Shown: positions 25,290-34,902 of the stretch, piece after piece
How positions within the stretch are numbered: position 1 is the first letter of the stretch
Layout: every line of letters begins with the position of its first letter
Position numbers and translations under genes: made by a program
Assembly: GCA_964650475.1 (NCBI GenBank)
Contig: CAZYRK010000004.1
Span: 3,787-39,494, forward strand
DNA: 35,708 nt
Source: an uncultured Candidatus Saccharibacteria bacterium
Lineage (GTDB): Bacteria > Patescibacteriota > Minisyncoccia > Phycocordibacterales > Phycocordibacteraceae
Direction of reading: 5' to 3'
The notes under the pieces: model-generated
The model's database searches: none
The model's input: the letters and a program-made list of their open reading frames with translations, nothing else
What the model was told of the DNA's origin: nothing

Positions 25290-26193
25290 AGTATCTATTT
25301 GTATCCCAACATATGTACAAACAAAGTATCTACAAAAGACACTTGATTCTGTTTTGATGCAAGATTATCAAAATTATGAAATTATAATTACAGATGATTC
25401 CCCAGATGATTTAGTTCAAAAGCTCGTACAAAAATACGATTTTGGAGATAAGCTAAAATATTTTAAAAACAAACCTAGAAAAGGCAGTCCTGAAAACTGG
25501 AACCTTGCTGTAAACTGTGCGTCTGGAGAATACATAAAGATATTACATCATGATGATAAGTTTATGTTTAAAGACAGCCTGCAAGAATATGTAAACATGC
25601 TTGAACAAAATCCGGACGCTGATTTTGCATTTAGTGCAACAGCTATACACTATTCAAAAGACAGTACCAAAAACAGGGTACACAAAGTTTCTTCAGAACA
25701 AATAGATATCTTAAAAAGAGACCCTTTGAGTTTATTTTTTGGAAACCTTATAGGCGCTCCAAGCACTACGATATATAAAAAAAATACTAACAAAAATTAT
25801 GACAAAAACTTAAAATGGCTCGTTGACATAGATTTCTACATTAGAATGTTATCGGATAATCATAATTTTGTATATTCTCCGCGCACACTTATCGGTACTG
25901 TTGCTGATGCAGACCATAAAATAACAAATCAATGTGCTGATAACAAAAATATTGAGATTTTTGAAAATTACTATTTATTCAATAAAATCAGTACCTTAAT
26001 TCCAAAAAAACAACTTAAAAAATATTTATTGCGATTGTGGTCAATAACGTTACGCCACAATATTAAAAACATTGAGGAAATTAGAGCCTGTGGTTATAAA
26101 TCAGATATTCCGTCACGCATTCCTTTTTTGTTTTTTTTAAATAAAATTTCATCAAAATTAACAAAAATTTATATAAGGAGTAATTTACTATGA
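25279..26193 (+). CDS. Glycosyltransferase family 2
   Basis: PKVSICIPTY, EIIITDDS, NWN...ASGEYIKILHHDD. Confidence 0.9.
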   Translation: MKPKVSICIPTYVQTKYLQKTLDSVLMQDYQNYEIIITDDSPDDLVQKLVQKYDFGDKLKYFKNKPRKGSPENWNLAVNCASGEYIKILHHDDKFMFKDSLQEYVNMLEQNPDADFAFSATAIHYSKDSTKNRVHKVSSEQIDILKRDPLSLFFGNLIGAPSTTIYKKNTNKNYDKNLKWLVDIDFYIRMLSDNHNFVYSPRTLIGTVADADHKITNQCADNKNIEIFENYYLFNKISTLIPKKQLKKYLLRLWSITLRHNIKNIEEIRACGYKSDIPSRIPFLFFLNKISSKLTKIYIRSNLL

Positions 26194-27041
26194 TTAATTT
26201 AATGATATGTTTTGCTCGCTCTGGTGGAACGCTTCTAAACCGATGTCTGGGTAGCTTACCTGACGTTGTTATAATGTCTGAAGTTAACCCACTGGGTGGT
26301 GGCTGGGGTGAAAAAAAAGAAAGCTCGCCAAATACAATACAGGAACAAGCAAAACAATGGTACGGCATCGAGTTAAGAAATAATATTTTTGAAAACAGCG
26401 CTTTGGAACTATCTAATATATGTATTAAAAATAATAAAAAGTTAATAATACGAGATTGGTCATTTATTAATTTCACACCACATGAATACAATAATTTTAC
26501 ACCCCCGAACAAATTATTGTCTATTGAGAAATTAAAAGGTCAAAACAAACTCCGTACTTTTGCTTTTGTTCGCGACTCTATTGATGTATGGATCTCTCGC
26601 GGAATGCCTCTTACGCAAGATTTTTTTACACAGTATTCACTATATATAGATGAACTAATCAAAAATGATATTAAAATATTTAAATATGAAAATTTTTGTA
26701 AAAATCCTGATCTCGAGATGAAAAAAATCTGTATGTATATCGATATTCCATACAGTGATTCATATAAAAAATACAACGACTTCACAAATGTTAGTGGTGA
26801 CGTTCAAGGCAAGCAAAAGCCAAGAAGTATCACTCACACTAAAATAAGACCCGTTGCGCGGAAGACCATCCCTTTACGAAAAATCTTTGAATTAAATGGG
26901 TGCTCTCAAATGAGAGAAACGAATAAATTACTAGGTTATAAAACCTCGTATTATATTTCCAACTGGATGCGATTAAAAGTATGGGTTAAAAACATCTTTT
27001 TAATACTAAAGAGATTAAAATTAATTATTGTAAAATCATGA
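26190..27041 (+). CDS. Sulfotransferase-like protein
   Basis: CFARSGGTLL PSB-like loop, SEVNP, FVRDSIDVWIS, KYENFCKNP. Confidence 0.72.
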   Translation: MINLMICFARSGGTLLNRCLGSLPDVVIMSEVNPLGGGWGEKKESSPNTIQEQAKQWYGIELRNNIFENSALELSNICIKNNKKLIIRDWSFINFTPHEYNNFTPPNKLLSIEKLKGQNKLRTFAFVRDSIDVWISRGMPLTQDFFTQYSLYIDELIKNDIKIFKYENFCKNPDLEMKKICMYIDIPYSDSYKKYNDFTNVSGDVQGKQKPRSITHTKIRPVARKTIPLRKIFELNGCSQMRETNKLLGYKTSYYISNWMRLKVWVKNIFLILKRLKLIIVKS

Positions 27042-27967
27042 AAAAGGTACTCGTACTTGGCGGAGCGGGTTTTATAGGATCTAATTTGGTAGAGCGTTTA
27101 ATTGATGCTGACAAGAAAGTCATTGTATTTGATAGGGAAAAGGCACACTGGAAAAATATCGAACCATTTATAGATAAGATAGAAATTATTAAGGATGATT
27201 TTAATAATTTTAAAATCTTAGAGCAAATATTTAGAGAAAACAAAATAGATACCGTAATACATTTAGTATCCTCAGCAATTCCTTCTACACAGCTCGACGG
27301 TTTCATTCAAAACAATGAGCTGGTTTTCACAATGAAGCTTGTTGATATAATGATAAAAAATAAAGTAAGCAAGATTGTTTACTTTTCTTCAGGAGGAGCG
27401 GTTTACGGAGCCAACGGCGAAGAAAAAAATAAAGAGGATTCCCCTACCAAACCGATAACTCTTTATGGCTGGTTAAAAGTGACATTGGAAAACTACATAC
27501 AAATGTGTGCGCAGATTTATGGTCTGGATTATATAATTTTGAGAGTTTCCAACCCTTATGGAAAAAACCAAAACATATTTGGGAAGCTTGGATTAATATC
27601 TGTTGTAATTGGCAAAATACTCCGTGGGGAACCCATGGAAATATGGGGAGACGGAAATGTTGTGAGAGATTATATTTGTATTGACGACGTAAGCAAGGCA
27701 ACGCTAATGCTTATTGAAAACAATAAGTGGGGTGGTGTTTATAATATAGGAAGCGGTAAAGGTAGCACGGTAAATGAAATATTGAAAACACTGAAAAAAA
27801 TAACCGCTAATGATTGTAAGGTTATATATAAAAAATCAAGAACAGTGGATATCTCTACAAATATTTTAGATATATCGAAACTAAAAAATGACCTACCTTC
27901 CCTTCGGCTGACCAGCTTGAACGAGGGTATAAAAAAATACTGGGAAAGTTTAAAAGACAATCATTAA
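27038..27967 (+). CDS. NAD-dependent nucleotide-sugar epimerase/dehydratase
   Basis: GGAGFIG, SSGGAVYG, YGWLK (YxxxK), RVSNPYG, WGDGNVVRDYI, YNIGSG. Confidence 0.92.
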   Translation: MKKVLVLGGAGFIGSNLVERLIDADKKVIVFDREKAHWKNIEPFIDKIEIIKDDFNNFKILEQIFRENKIDTVIHLVSSAIPSTQLDGFIQNNELVFTMKLVDIMIKNKVSKIVYFSSGGAVYGANGEEKNKEDSPTKPITLYGWLKVTLENYIQMCAQIYGLDYIILRVSNPYGKNQNIFGKLGLISVVIGKILRGEPMEIWGDGNVVRDYICIDDVSKATLMLIENNKWGGVYNIGSGKGSTVNEILKTLKKITANDCKVIYKKSRTVDISTNILDISKLKNDLPSLRLTSLNEGIKKYWESLKDNH

Positions 27968-27974
27968 TTTCTTT

Positions 27975-28982
27975 ATGAAAACTGCACGCCCAAAAATATC
28001 AGTCCTACTACCCGTATATAATGGAGAAAAATATCTGAAGGAATCTATAGATAGTATTTTGCAACAAACTTTCAGCGATTTTGAACTACTTGTTATTAGT
28101 GACGGGTCAACAGATGAGAGCCATAGAATAATTGAAAGTTACACTGATAAAAGAATTCGTTTTATAAAAAATGAAAAAAATAAAGGGCTGATTTTTACGT
28201 TAAACAGAGGCTTGGGTGAGGCTCGTGGAAAATACATAGCCCGAATGGATCAAGATGATATAAGTATACCGAGCAGACTTCAAGAACAATACGATTTCCT
28301 TGAGAGAAATACGGGCGTCGCTCTAGTCGGTGGCTGGGCAGAGATAATTGATGAAAACAACAACCATTTAGGATACAAAAGATTACCCTCAGAATATTTC
28401 TTGATTAAATTTGAGCTCCTCTTTCGTAATCCGTTTATACACAGTACAATTTTTTTTAGGAAGGAAATTATTCAAAGACTAGGCGGTTACAATAAAGATT
28501 ACGAGCATGCTGAAGATTATGAACTGTATTCAGAAATGTCTGATAAATACAAAATTGTAAATCTTCCAAAAATCCTATTAAAATTTAGAGTTCACAGCCA
28601 ATCTATCGGGCAGGTTTCCAAAACAAAAAAGATTCAAGAAATTACTAGAAAGAAAATAGTGCTTAATAATATAAGTAGTTACTACAAACCGACACACGAA
28701 GATATCGCCATAATTAACGGCACCGAAAGAAATTCGGGCTTAATAAATACTCTAAAGAAAATTTCTCTTAATAAGAAAATTTTTAAAGCATACATTGCTA
28801 AAGAAAAGTTAAGCAAAATTGAGTTTCTAAAACTAAACTCAATTTATAAACAAAGAAATACGAAGCTTATTAGAGGGTGGGTTGTGAGCAGGCTACAAAA
28901 AACACCTCTCCTTTATTATATGGTCAAAAAGTTTTATCATTATTACAAGAGACTGGTTGGTGACAAAAATCATCCTCATTGA
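27975..28982 (+). CDS. Glycosyltransferase family 2
   Basis: ISVLLPVYNGEKYL, DGSTD, ARGKYIARMDQDD, AEDYEL. Confidence 0.93.
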   Translation: MKTARPKISVLLPVYNGEKYLKESIDSILQQTFSDFELLVISDGSTDESHRIIESYTDKRIRFIKNEKNKGLIFTLNRGLGEARGKYIARMDQDDISIPSRLQEQYDFLERNTGVALVGGWAEIIDENNNHLGYKRLPSEYFLIKFELLFRNPFIHSTIFFRKEIIQRLGGYNKDYEHAEDYELYSEMSDKYKIVNLPKILLKFRVHSQSIGQVSKTKKIQEITRKKIVLNNISSYYKPTHEDIAIINGTERNSGLINTLKKISLNKKIFKAYIAKEKLSKIEFLKLNSIYKQRNTKLIRGWVVSRLQKTPLLYYMVKKFYHYYKRLVGDKNHPH

Positions 28983-28984
28983 AT

Positions 28985-29016
28985 TTTAATAACAAAATGA
29001 AAATACTTCACACAGT
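28985..29016 (+). repeat. 32-bp direct repeat, copy 1 (copy 2 at 29994-30025)
   Basis: TTTAATAACAAAATGAAAATACTTCACACAGT occurs at both positions. Confidence 0.9.
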
Positions 29017-29163
29017 GGAAAACTACAGTCGCGCTAAAGCAGAAACAAACTGTTGCTAAATTCCATGGCACGAAACGGATATGACGCATGGTTGAAAAAG
29101 TTTACATGGAAAGAAATTGCTCAAAAATATGAAAACGTTTATTTAAATTTAGATATCGGGTAA
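28997..29163 (+). pseudogene. Internally deleted GT4 remnant, paralog of 30006-31265
   Basis: Starts MKILHTVENY (cf. MKILHTVKQY), then in another frame MARNGYDAWLKKFTWKEIAQKYENVY (cf. LAYAGYKSWQERFTWEKIAREYERVY). Confidence 0.8.
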
Positions 29164-29178
29164 ACTGTAGATAATAAT

Positions 29179-30009
29179 ATGTTTAGCAAAAACAGTAGAA
29201 TATTTAAACCGATTTATTGGCTTCGTGAAAAAATATATTATGAGAGAAAACCACTATTGGTTTTAAACGCAACTTTTAATAAGGTGCCCGAGAAAGAAGC
29301 TCTTGATCTTATTACTATTGCATTTAACAACCCGCATGTAATTTCATATCAAATACGGCTTTTAAGAAAATATCTTATTGACCCGTATCATTATACGGTT
29401 GCTGATAATTCGAACGATAAAGAAAAATCCGAGGCGATTATGAGTATATGTAAAAAGGAAAATATACAATATATTCGTTTACCAAAAAATCCTTATTCTA
29501 CCTCCATGTCTCATGGCGTAGCGATGAACTGGGTACATAAGAACTATATTCTAAAAAGAGGTCTTATGTATTTTGGTTTTATTGACCATGATATTTTTCC
29601 AACATCGAAAACATCTATAATTCATTTTCTTAAAAAACAGCCTGTTTACGGATGTCATCAAGAAAGGAACGGCATTTGGTATTTATGGGCAGGTTTCGCT
29701 TTTTTCAAATTAGGAGAAAACTACGAACCTATGAATTTTAAAAAAGGTTTTATAAACAAAACGGCACTGGACACGGGCGGTATGAACTGGGAAAACGTAT
29801 ACTCTAAAATAGATATGAGCGGGATTAGATTTGCAGAGCATTATTACAAAACAATTAGAACCACAAACAAAACCGCCCAGTCGGATCAGGTTGAATTTAT
29901 CGGCGGGTGGCTTCATTTGTTTAACGCATCAAACCGTATGAATGTACCAGAAATAGAAGAAAGAAATTTAATTCTAAATGAGATGCTGGATAATTTAATA
30001 ACAAAATGA
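29179..30009 (+). CDS. Putative GT-A glycosyltransferase
   Basis: LITIAFNNP, VADNS, SHGVAMN, FIDHDIFP (DxD), DTGG. Confidence 0.65.
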   Translation: MFSKNSRIFKPIYWLREKIYYERKPLLVLNATFNKVPEKEALDLITIAFNNPHVISYQIRLLRKYLIDPYHYTVADNSNDKEKSEAIMSICKKENIQYIRLPKNPYSTSMSHGVAMNWVHKNYILKRGLMYFGFIDHDIFPTSKTSIIHFLKKQPVYGCHQERNGIWYLWAGFAFFKLGENYEPMNFKKGFINKTALDTGGMNWENVYSKIDMSGIRFAEHYYKTIRTTNKTAQSDQVEFIGGWLHLFNASNRMNVPEIEERNLILNEMLDNLITK

Positions 30010-31265
30010 AAATACTTCACACAGTAAAACAGTATCATCCGGCGAGAGGCGGAATGTATGAGGTGGTTAAGCAACTTTCAGAGCATTTGGTCGGTCTCGG
30101 GCACAGTGTTACCGTGGCAACGACAAAACTTCCGAGCGGGTACAGCCCTGATTTAAAAGGTGTAAAGATAAAAGAGTTTGATATTACTGGAAATTTCGTT
30201 TCTGGAATGTCTGGAGAGGTTAAAAAATATCAAGACTTTCTGATAAACTCGGATTTTGATGTCATAACAAGCTTTGCGGCGCAACAGCCAATGACGGACG
30301 CGATGTTACTTGTTTTAGACAAAATAAAAGCAAAGAAGGTTTTTGTACCCACTGGTTTTGCAAGCTTCAAGGTTAACGAATATCAAAAATATTATAAAAA
30401 AATGGGTGACTGGTTTAAGGAGTTTGATGTTAATGTTTTTTTATCAAACGATTATCAGGATATAAATTATGCTCGAGAGAGTGGTGCTAAAAATATTATA
30501 GTAATACCAAACGGTGCGAGCTCTGATGAGTTTTCAAAAAACAACAATATTGACATTAGAGAAAGATTAAATATTCCAAAAAATGATTTCCTAATTCTGC
30601 TTGTTGGTTCTCACACCAGCCAAAAAGGACACAAGGAAGCTATGGAAATTTTTAGCCATTCCGATATCAAAAACGCAACGCTTTTAATAGTCGGAAACAA
30701 AGGAAAATGTTCGGAAACATGCGAAAATCAAAAATCAAAAATCAATACTGCTAAAGAGTCTTTGGTCGCCGGAAAGAAAATCTTAATACAGCAGTTAGAT
30801 AGAGGCGCAACCGTATCGGCTTTTGAAACTGCAGATTTATTTCTCTTTCCGTCCAACACAGAGTGCTCCCCCATCGTACTTTTTGAAGCTATGGCATCAA
30901 AAACGCCTTTCTTGGTTACGGATGTTGGAAATGCAAAAGAGATAATAGAGTGGTCGGGAGGCGGTTTGTTATTGCCTACGAGGCATGGCGTAAACCCAGA
31001 AGAATCCTTGAAGGCAAAAATAAAAAACTTTCTTAAAAAGTTTCTTTCAGGGATTATTAAACTCAACAAAGCCGAGAATTATAATATCTGTCGTGCGGAA
31101 ATAAAAAGCTCTGCCACTATGCTTGAAAACATCTATAGCGATAAAGAAAAGCGCTCCAGCTTGGCGTACGCCGGATATAAATCTTGGCAAGAGAGGTTTA
31201 CTTGGGAAAAGATTGCCCGTGAGTATGAGCGTGTTTATACTAAAGTAACGAAACAATCTTCATGA
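30006..31265 (+). CDS. Glycosyltransferase family 4
   Basis: YHPARGG, VIPNG, KGH, DLFLFPSNTECSPIVLFEAMAS, TDVGNAKE. Confidence 0.9.
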   Translation: MKILHTVKQYHPARGGMYEVVKQLSEHLVGLGHSVTVATTKLPSGYSPDLKGVKIKEFDITGNFVSGMSGEVKKYQDFLINSDFDVITSFAAQQPMTDAMLLVLDKIKAKKVFVPTGFASFKVNEYQKYYKKMGDWFKEFDVNVFLSNDYQDINYARESGAKNIIVIPNGASSDEFSKNNNIDIRERLNIPKNDFLILLVGSHTSQKGHKEAMEIFSHSDIKNATLLIVGNKGKCSETCENQKSKINTAKESLVAGKKILIQQLDRGATVSAFETADLFLFPSNTECSPIVLFEAMASKTPFLVTDVGNAKEIIEWSGGGLLLPTRHGVNPEESLKAKIKNFLKKFLSGIIKLNKAENYNICRAEIKSSATMLENIYSDKEKRSSLAYAGYKSWQERFTWEKIAREYERVYTKVTKQSS

Positions 31266-32167
31266 TAATTGTAAAACTACAAGGAGGTATGGGAAACCAG
31301 ATGTTTCAGTACGCTCTTGGAAGACGTTTGTCACATCTTAATAATCTAGAGTTGAAACTAGATACTTCACCATATAAACACCAAAACAAAAACGCTACTC
31401 CTCGCACATATTCTCTTGAATGTTTCAATATTATAGAAAACTTTGCGAAAGAAAAAGATACGAAAAAGATGCATTTGCCTAAAATGGCTACACGAAATAT
31501 TTTTTTGAGAATATATAGAAAAATATTTAGAGACCTGAGCGCAAGAAAGCCACTCTATAAAAGAACCTATGTAAACGAGCCTTCTTTCGGTTTTTGTGTG
31601 GATGTTTTGAAAATAAATGGAGATGCTTATCTAAGTGGAAATTGGCAAAACGAAAAATATTTCAAAGACATCCGAGATACAATTTGCAAAGATTTTACCA
31701 TCAAGGACGAGTCTGTTGCTTATAAAAAAATACTCGAGCAAATCTTAAATACCGCCGATTCTGTTTCTTTGCATATACGCAGAGGCGACTATATTTTAAA
31801 TGAAGCAATAGGCAAATATCATGGGGTATGCTCGCTTGGTTATTACAAAAAAGCGATTAGTCTTGTCGCTAAGAAGATTCACTCTCCGACCTTTTTCGTT
31901 TTTTCTGATGATATAAAATGGGTAAAGGAAAATTTAAAAATAGAATACCCGATGATTTTCGTTAGTGATGGTTCTTTAAAAGATTATGAGGAGCTAATTT
32001 TGATGAGTAAATGTAAACACAATATCATTGCAAACAGCTCCTTTAGCTGGTGGGGTGCTTGGTTAAACAATAACCAAACTAAAATAGTGGTTGCTCCGAA
32101 AAAATGGTTTCTCGCACCAGAGAGAGAGAAAGACAACCCTTGTCCGAAAAGCTGGATTAAAGTCTAA
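31262..32167 (+). CDS. Alpha-1,2-fucosyltransferase family (GT11)
   Basis: GGMGNQMFQYA, GNWQNEKYF, HIRRGDY, FSDD, NSSFSWWGAWL. Confidence 0.92.
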   Translation: MIIVKLQGGMGNQMFQYALGRRLSHLNNLELKLDTSPYKHQNKNATPRTYSLECFNIIENFAKEKDTKKMHLPKMATRNIFLRIYRKIFRDLSARKPLYKRTYVNEPSFGFCVDVLKINGDAYLSGNWQNEKYFKDIRDTICKDFTIKDESVAYKKILEQILNTADSVSLHIRRGDYILNEAIGKYHGVCSLGYYKKAISLVAKKIHSPTFFVFSDDIKWVKENLKIEYPMIFVSDGSLKDYEELILMSKCKHNIIANSSFSWWGAWLNNNQTKIVVAPKKWFLAPEREKDNPCPKSWIKV

Positions 32168-32187
32168 TATAAAAAATATAGATAGCT

Positions 32188-32742
32188 CTACTGCTCACGC
32201 TCCAAAAAATCAATAACTTTTTGTGCTGATTGTTCTATAGATAATAAATCTGTTTTGATTTCGATATCCGGATTTTCCGGCTCTTGATATGGGTCATCGA
32301 TGCCTGTAAAAGATTTTATCTTTCCGTCGGCGGCTTTTTTATACAAACCTTTTACGTCTCTTTTTTTGCATGTTTCCAGTGAAGAGTTTGTGTATACCTC
32401 TACAAGATTTTTAATCTGATTTTTTAATTTGCGACGTTGTTTTGCATACGGTGAAATAAATGAAGCCAGTACCACAACCCCGTGTTCAGAAAGCTTCTGT
32501 GCGACAAACCCAGCAATTTGAAGGTTTTTTATTCGATCTTCTTTACCAAAACCAAGGTGCACTGTTACATTTTCTCTTAGAGAGTCTCCGTCGAGTATTT
32601 CATATCTTATATTTTTACTTTTTAGATATTTTGCAACCTCATTTGCCAAGGTACTTTTACCGGAACCGGACAAGCCGGTAAACCAAACAACCATACCTTT
32701 TGGAGTGGCGATTGAATTCCCTGCTGTATCTTTGGCTGTCAT
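32188..32742 (-). CDS. cysC: Adenylyl-sulfate (APS) kinase
   Basis: WFTGLSGSGKST, LDGD, SFISPY, RDVKGLY, FTGIDDPY; start set at ATG 32742 (alternative TTG 32760). Confidence 0.95.
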   Translation of the reverse strand: MTAKDTAGNSIATPKGMVVWFTGLSGSGKSTLANEVAKYLKSKNIRYEILDGDSLRENVTVHLGFGKEDRIKNLQIAGFVAQKLSEHGVVVLASFISPYAKQRRKLKNQIKNLVEVYTNSSLETCKKRDVKGLYKKAADGKIKSFTGIDDPYQEPENPDIEIKTDLLSIEQSAQKVIDFLEREQ

Positions 32743-32768
32743 ATTCTTGTGTTTCCTCAATATATTAA

Positions 32769-33875
32769 TTATATAACGATGCTTGTACCGATACGCTCAG
32801 CGCGTTTGCTCCAAGTATACCCTTTTACTTTCTGTAGTGCATTTTGTGCTTTTTCTTGGGCGGTTTTTTCGTTAGAAAAAACCGCCTTTATAGCTTCTGT
32901 AAGTGAGCGTGCATCGTCCGGAGTAAAAAAAGTTGCATCTTTATCGGCTAGTATTTCCTTTATTGAGGGCACATCGGAAGCGACAATCGGCGTGCCACTT
33001 GCCATATATTCAAACAATTTCATTGGCGAAGTGAAAAACTTCGAGTCTTGGTTTGTAGCAGAGTTTGGGATAACCAGTATGTTTGCGGTGCGCAGGTATT
33101 GCGGTACTTGTGCGTGTGGTACGTGCCCGACAATGTGTATGTTTTTCTCACTTCCCCATTGCGCGCGAAATTGTGTAATATCATCTACTGTTCCACCTAC
33201 AAAGTAAAATTGCACATCGGGTAAATGTTTTGCTGATTGCGCGAGAATTTGTGCACCTTTGCGGGCATATAAGTGCCCTGTATATACAACGATTTTTTCA
33301 TGGCGCGCGAGACCGAGCGCTTCGCGCTCGGTCTCGCGCGGTGCTACACCTTCAAACAAATGCGCATCCACTGCGTCCGGAGCAACAATGATTTTCTCAC
33401 CGGATATACCAAAAGAAATATACGCTTTCTTGAGCGCCTCAGAGATAACGACAACACGAAACGCCCGGCGCGCTACAAAACGCGTAATGCGCGAGGGAAA
33501 TGCGTGCGCTTCAAAAACAATACTTCGTCCGAGTAGTGCGTACTGTGCAAGAACAAACGCATCACGCGAATAAACAATATCCGCATTCCAAAACTGTTTG
33601 AGCCAGCGTGCGCGCTCAGAAAACCACAGCGCGGAAAACAAAAAACCAGTGCGCCCAAACCGTACAAAATCCGGAGCGCGCAGTGTTGTGATTTTAAAAA
33701 CTTTCTCTACACCGTAATACGTAAACGCGTCGCCATCTATTGTGTTACGGCGTGTCGGCACCACCAGCTCCACGGTGTGCCCCGCGCGGGCAAATGCTTC
33801 GCACGTTTTCATTATCTGTATTCCGTGCGCTTTTTCGGTGGGTAGACGAATATTTGCGATATATAAAATGTTCAT
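32769..33875 (-). CDS. Glycosyltransferase family 4
   Basis: RLPTEKAHGIQI, YTGHLYARKG, SPMKLFEYMASGTPIVASD. Confidence 0.92.
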   Translation of the reverse strand: MNILYIANIRLPTEKAHGIQIMKTCEAFARAGHTVELVVPTRRNTIDGDAFTYYGVEKVFKITTLRAPDFVRFGRTGFLFSALWFSERARWLKQFWNADIVYSRDAFVLAQYALLGRSIVFEAHAFPSRITRFVARRAFRVVVISEALKKAYISFGISGEKIIVAPDAVDAHLFEGVAPRETEREALGLARHEKIVVYTGHLYARKGAQILAQSAKHLPDVQFYFVGGTVDDITQFRAQWGSEKNIHIVGHVPHAQVPQYLRTANILVIPNSATNQDSKFFTSPMKLFEYMASGTPIVASDVPSIKEILADKDATFFTPDDARSLTEAIKAVFSNEKTAQEKAQNALQKVKGYTWSKRAERIGTSIVI

Positions 33876-34162
33876 AATTTTATTAACTTATACTTTTTAC
33901 TTTATTTATACAAATGCCTTCGAGCCCCCCGCTGAAAGGTAGGAGCAAAAAAGAAGAATATAAAGGAATCAAAGTCTTTTTGCATGAAAATATTATACAG
34001 TATCGTGCATTGTTCCTGTTTATTATTATATTCCATCAATGCAAAGAGACTTCCTTTTGCATTTTGTTGTTTTGGGGGCACGCAAGCATACAAAAAGTGC
34101 CGATGGGGTATATTTTATAAAAATGTATTCTATTTCACGTTGAAACATAAACATATTATATG

Positions 34163-34204
34163 CTTTTCGACAAATTGCTACTTAAGTAGCAATTTGTCGA
34201 AAAG
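34163..34204. repeat. Perfect 42-bp palindrome with no spacer
   Basis: CTTTTCGACAAATTGCTACTT|AAGTAGCAATTTGTCGAAAAG. Confidence 0.9.
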
Positions 34205-34233
34205 TACCCTTACCGAGCCTGCGTGCGAAATAT

Positions 34234-34902
34234 TTACTGTGACAAATCGTCTTTTTTGGTCGCAGAGAATACAAACCCAAGAGGGTTACGCTTAGTGCTT
34301 TGCGGGCGAAGAAAAAGAAAAATCTGATCTAGCGCTGCGTATGGAAAATATAGCAGTGGACGAATTATTCGTGGTACAGAAAGCACTACTGTATTGAAGT
34401 TTGCGATAATAGGACTACCACCAATCGTACTTATGCAGATTTCTCCAAAACCAGCTTCGTCTAAAATTCGCTTTAGAGCTTCATGTGTGTAGCGGAAATA
34501 ATCATGTGGGTCAGGATGGTACCCTACCCAAAATGGTACGAACCCGATAATTCTTCCTGTTTTTGGCTTTAGAATTCGCGACATCTCGCCTAAAAGAAAA
34601 CTATAGTTATACACATGCTCGAGCACATTGCATGCAATAACAGTATCTACGGAGTCATTGGAGTATGGCAATGCGTCCGTTTCAAAATCAATTCCGGATA
34701 ACGAGACATCAATCGGTTCTATCTGAACCACTCCATCTTTCTTAAAGAAATTAAAATAATCCGGGTTGCGCCCACCTCCCACATCTACCACTTTTCCACG
34801 AAGCGTTTCGCGCGAAAGCGCTTCATTCATAAGTATGCGGGCAAGGGTTTGTCCTTTTAATAGAAAACGTATATGAATAAGCATTTGATTAATATTGTTC
34901 AT
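34234..34902 (-). CDS. Class I SAM-dependent methyltransferase (type 11-like)
   Basis: VVDVGGG, LPYSNDSVD, NVLEHV, RILKP, HPDPHDYFRYT. Confidence 0.88.
   Translation of the reverse strand: MNNINQMLIHIRFLLKGQTLARILMNEALSRETLRGKVVDVGGGRNPDYFNFFKKDGVVQIEPIDVSLSGIDFETDALPYSNDSVDTVIACNVLEHVYNYSFLLGEMSRILKPKTGRIIGFVPFWVGYHPDPHDYFRYTHEALKRILDEAGFGEICISTIGGSPIIANFNTVVLSVPRIIRPLLYFPYAALDQIFLFLRPQSTKRNPLGFVFSATKKDDLSQ

Noticed and set aside
33902-34295. Short ORFs and a GC-rich patch (GAGCCCCCCGCTGAAAGGTAGGAGC) in the intergenic gap
   Set aside because: No coding signal; the patch forms only a weak hairpin and matches no RNA element I can identify.
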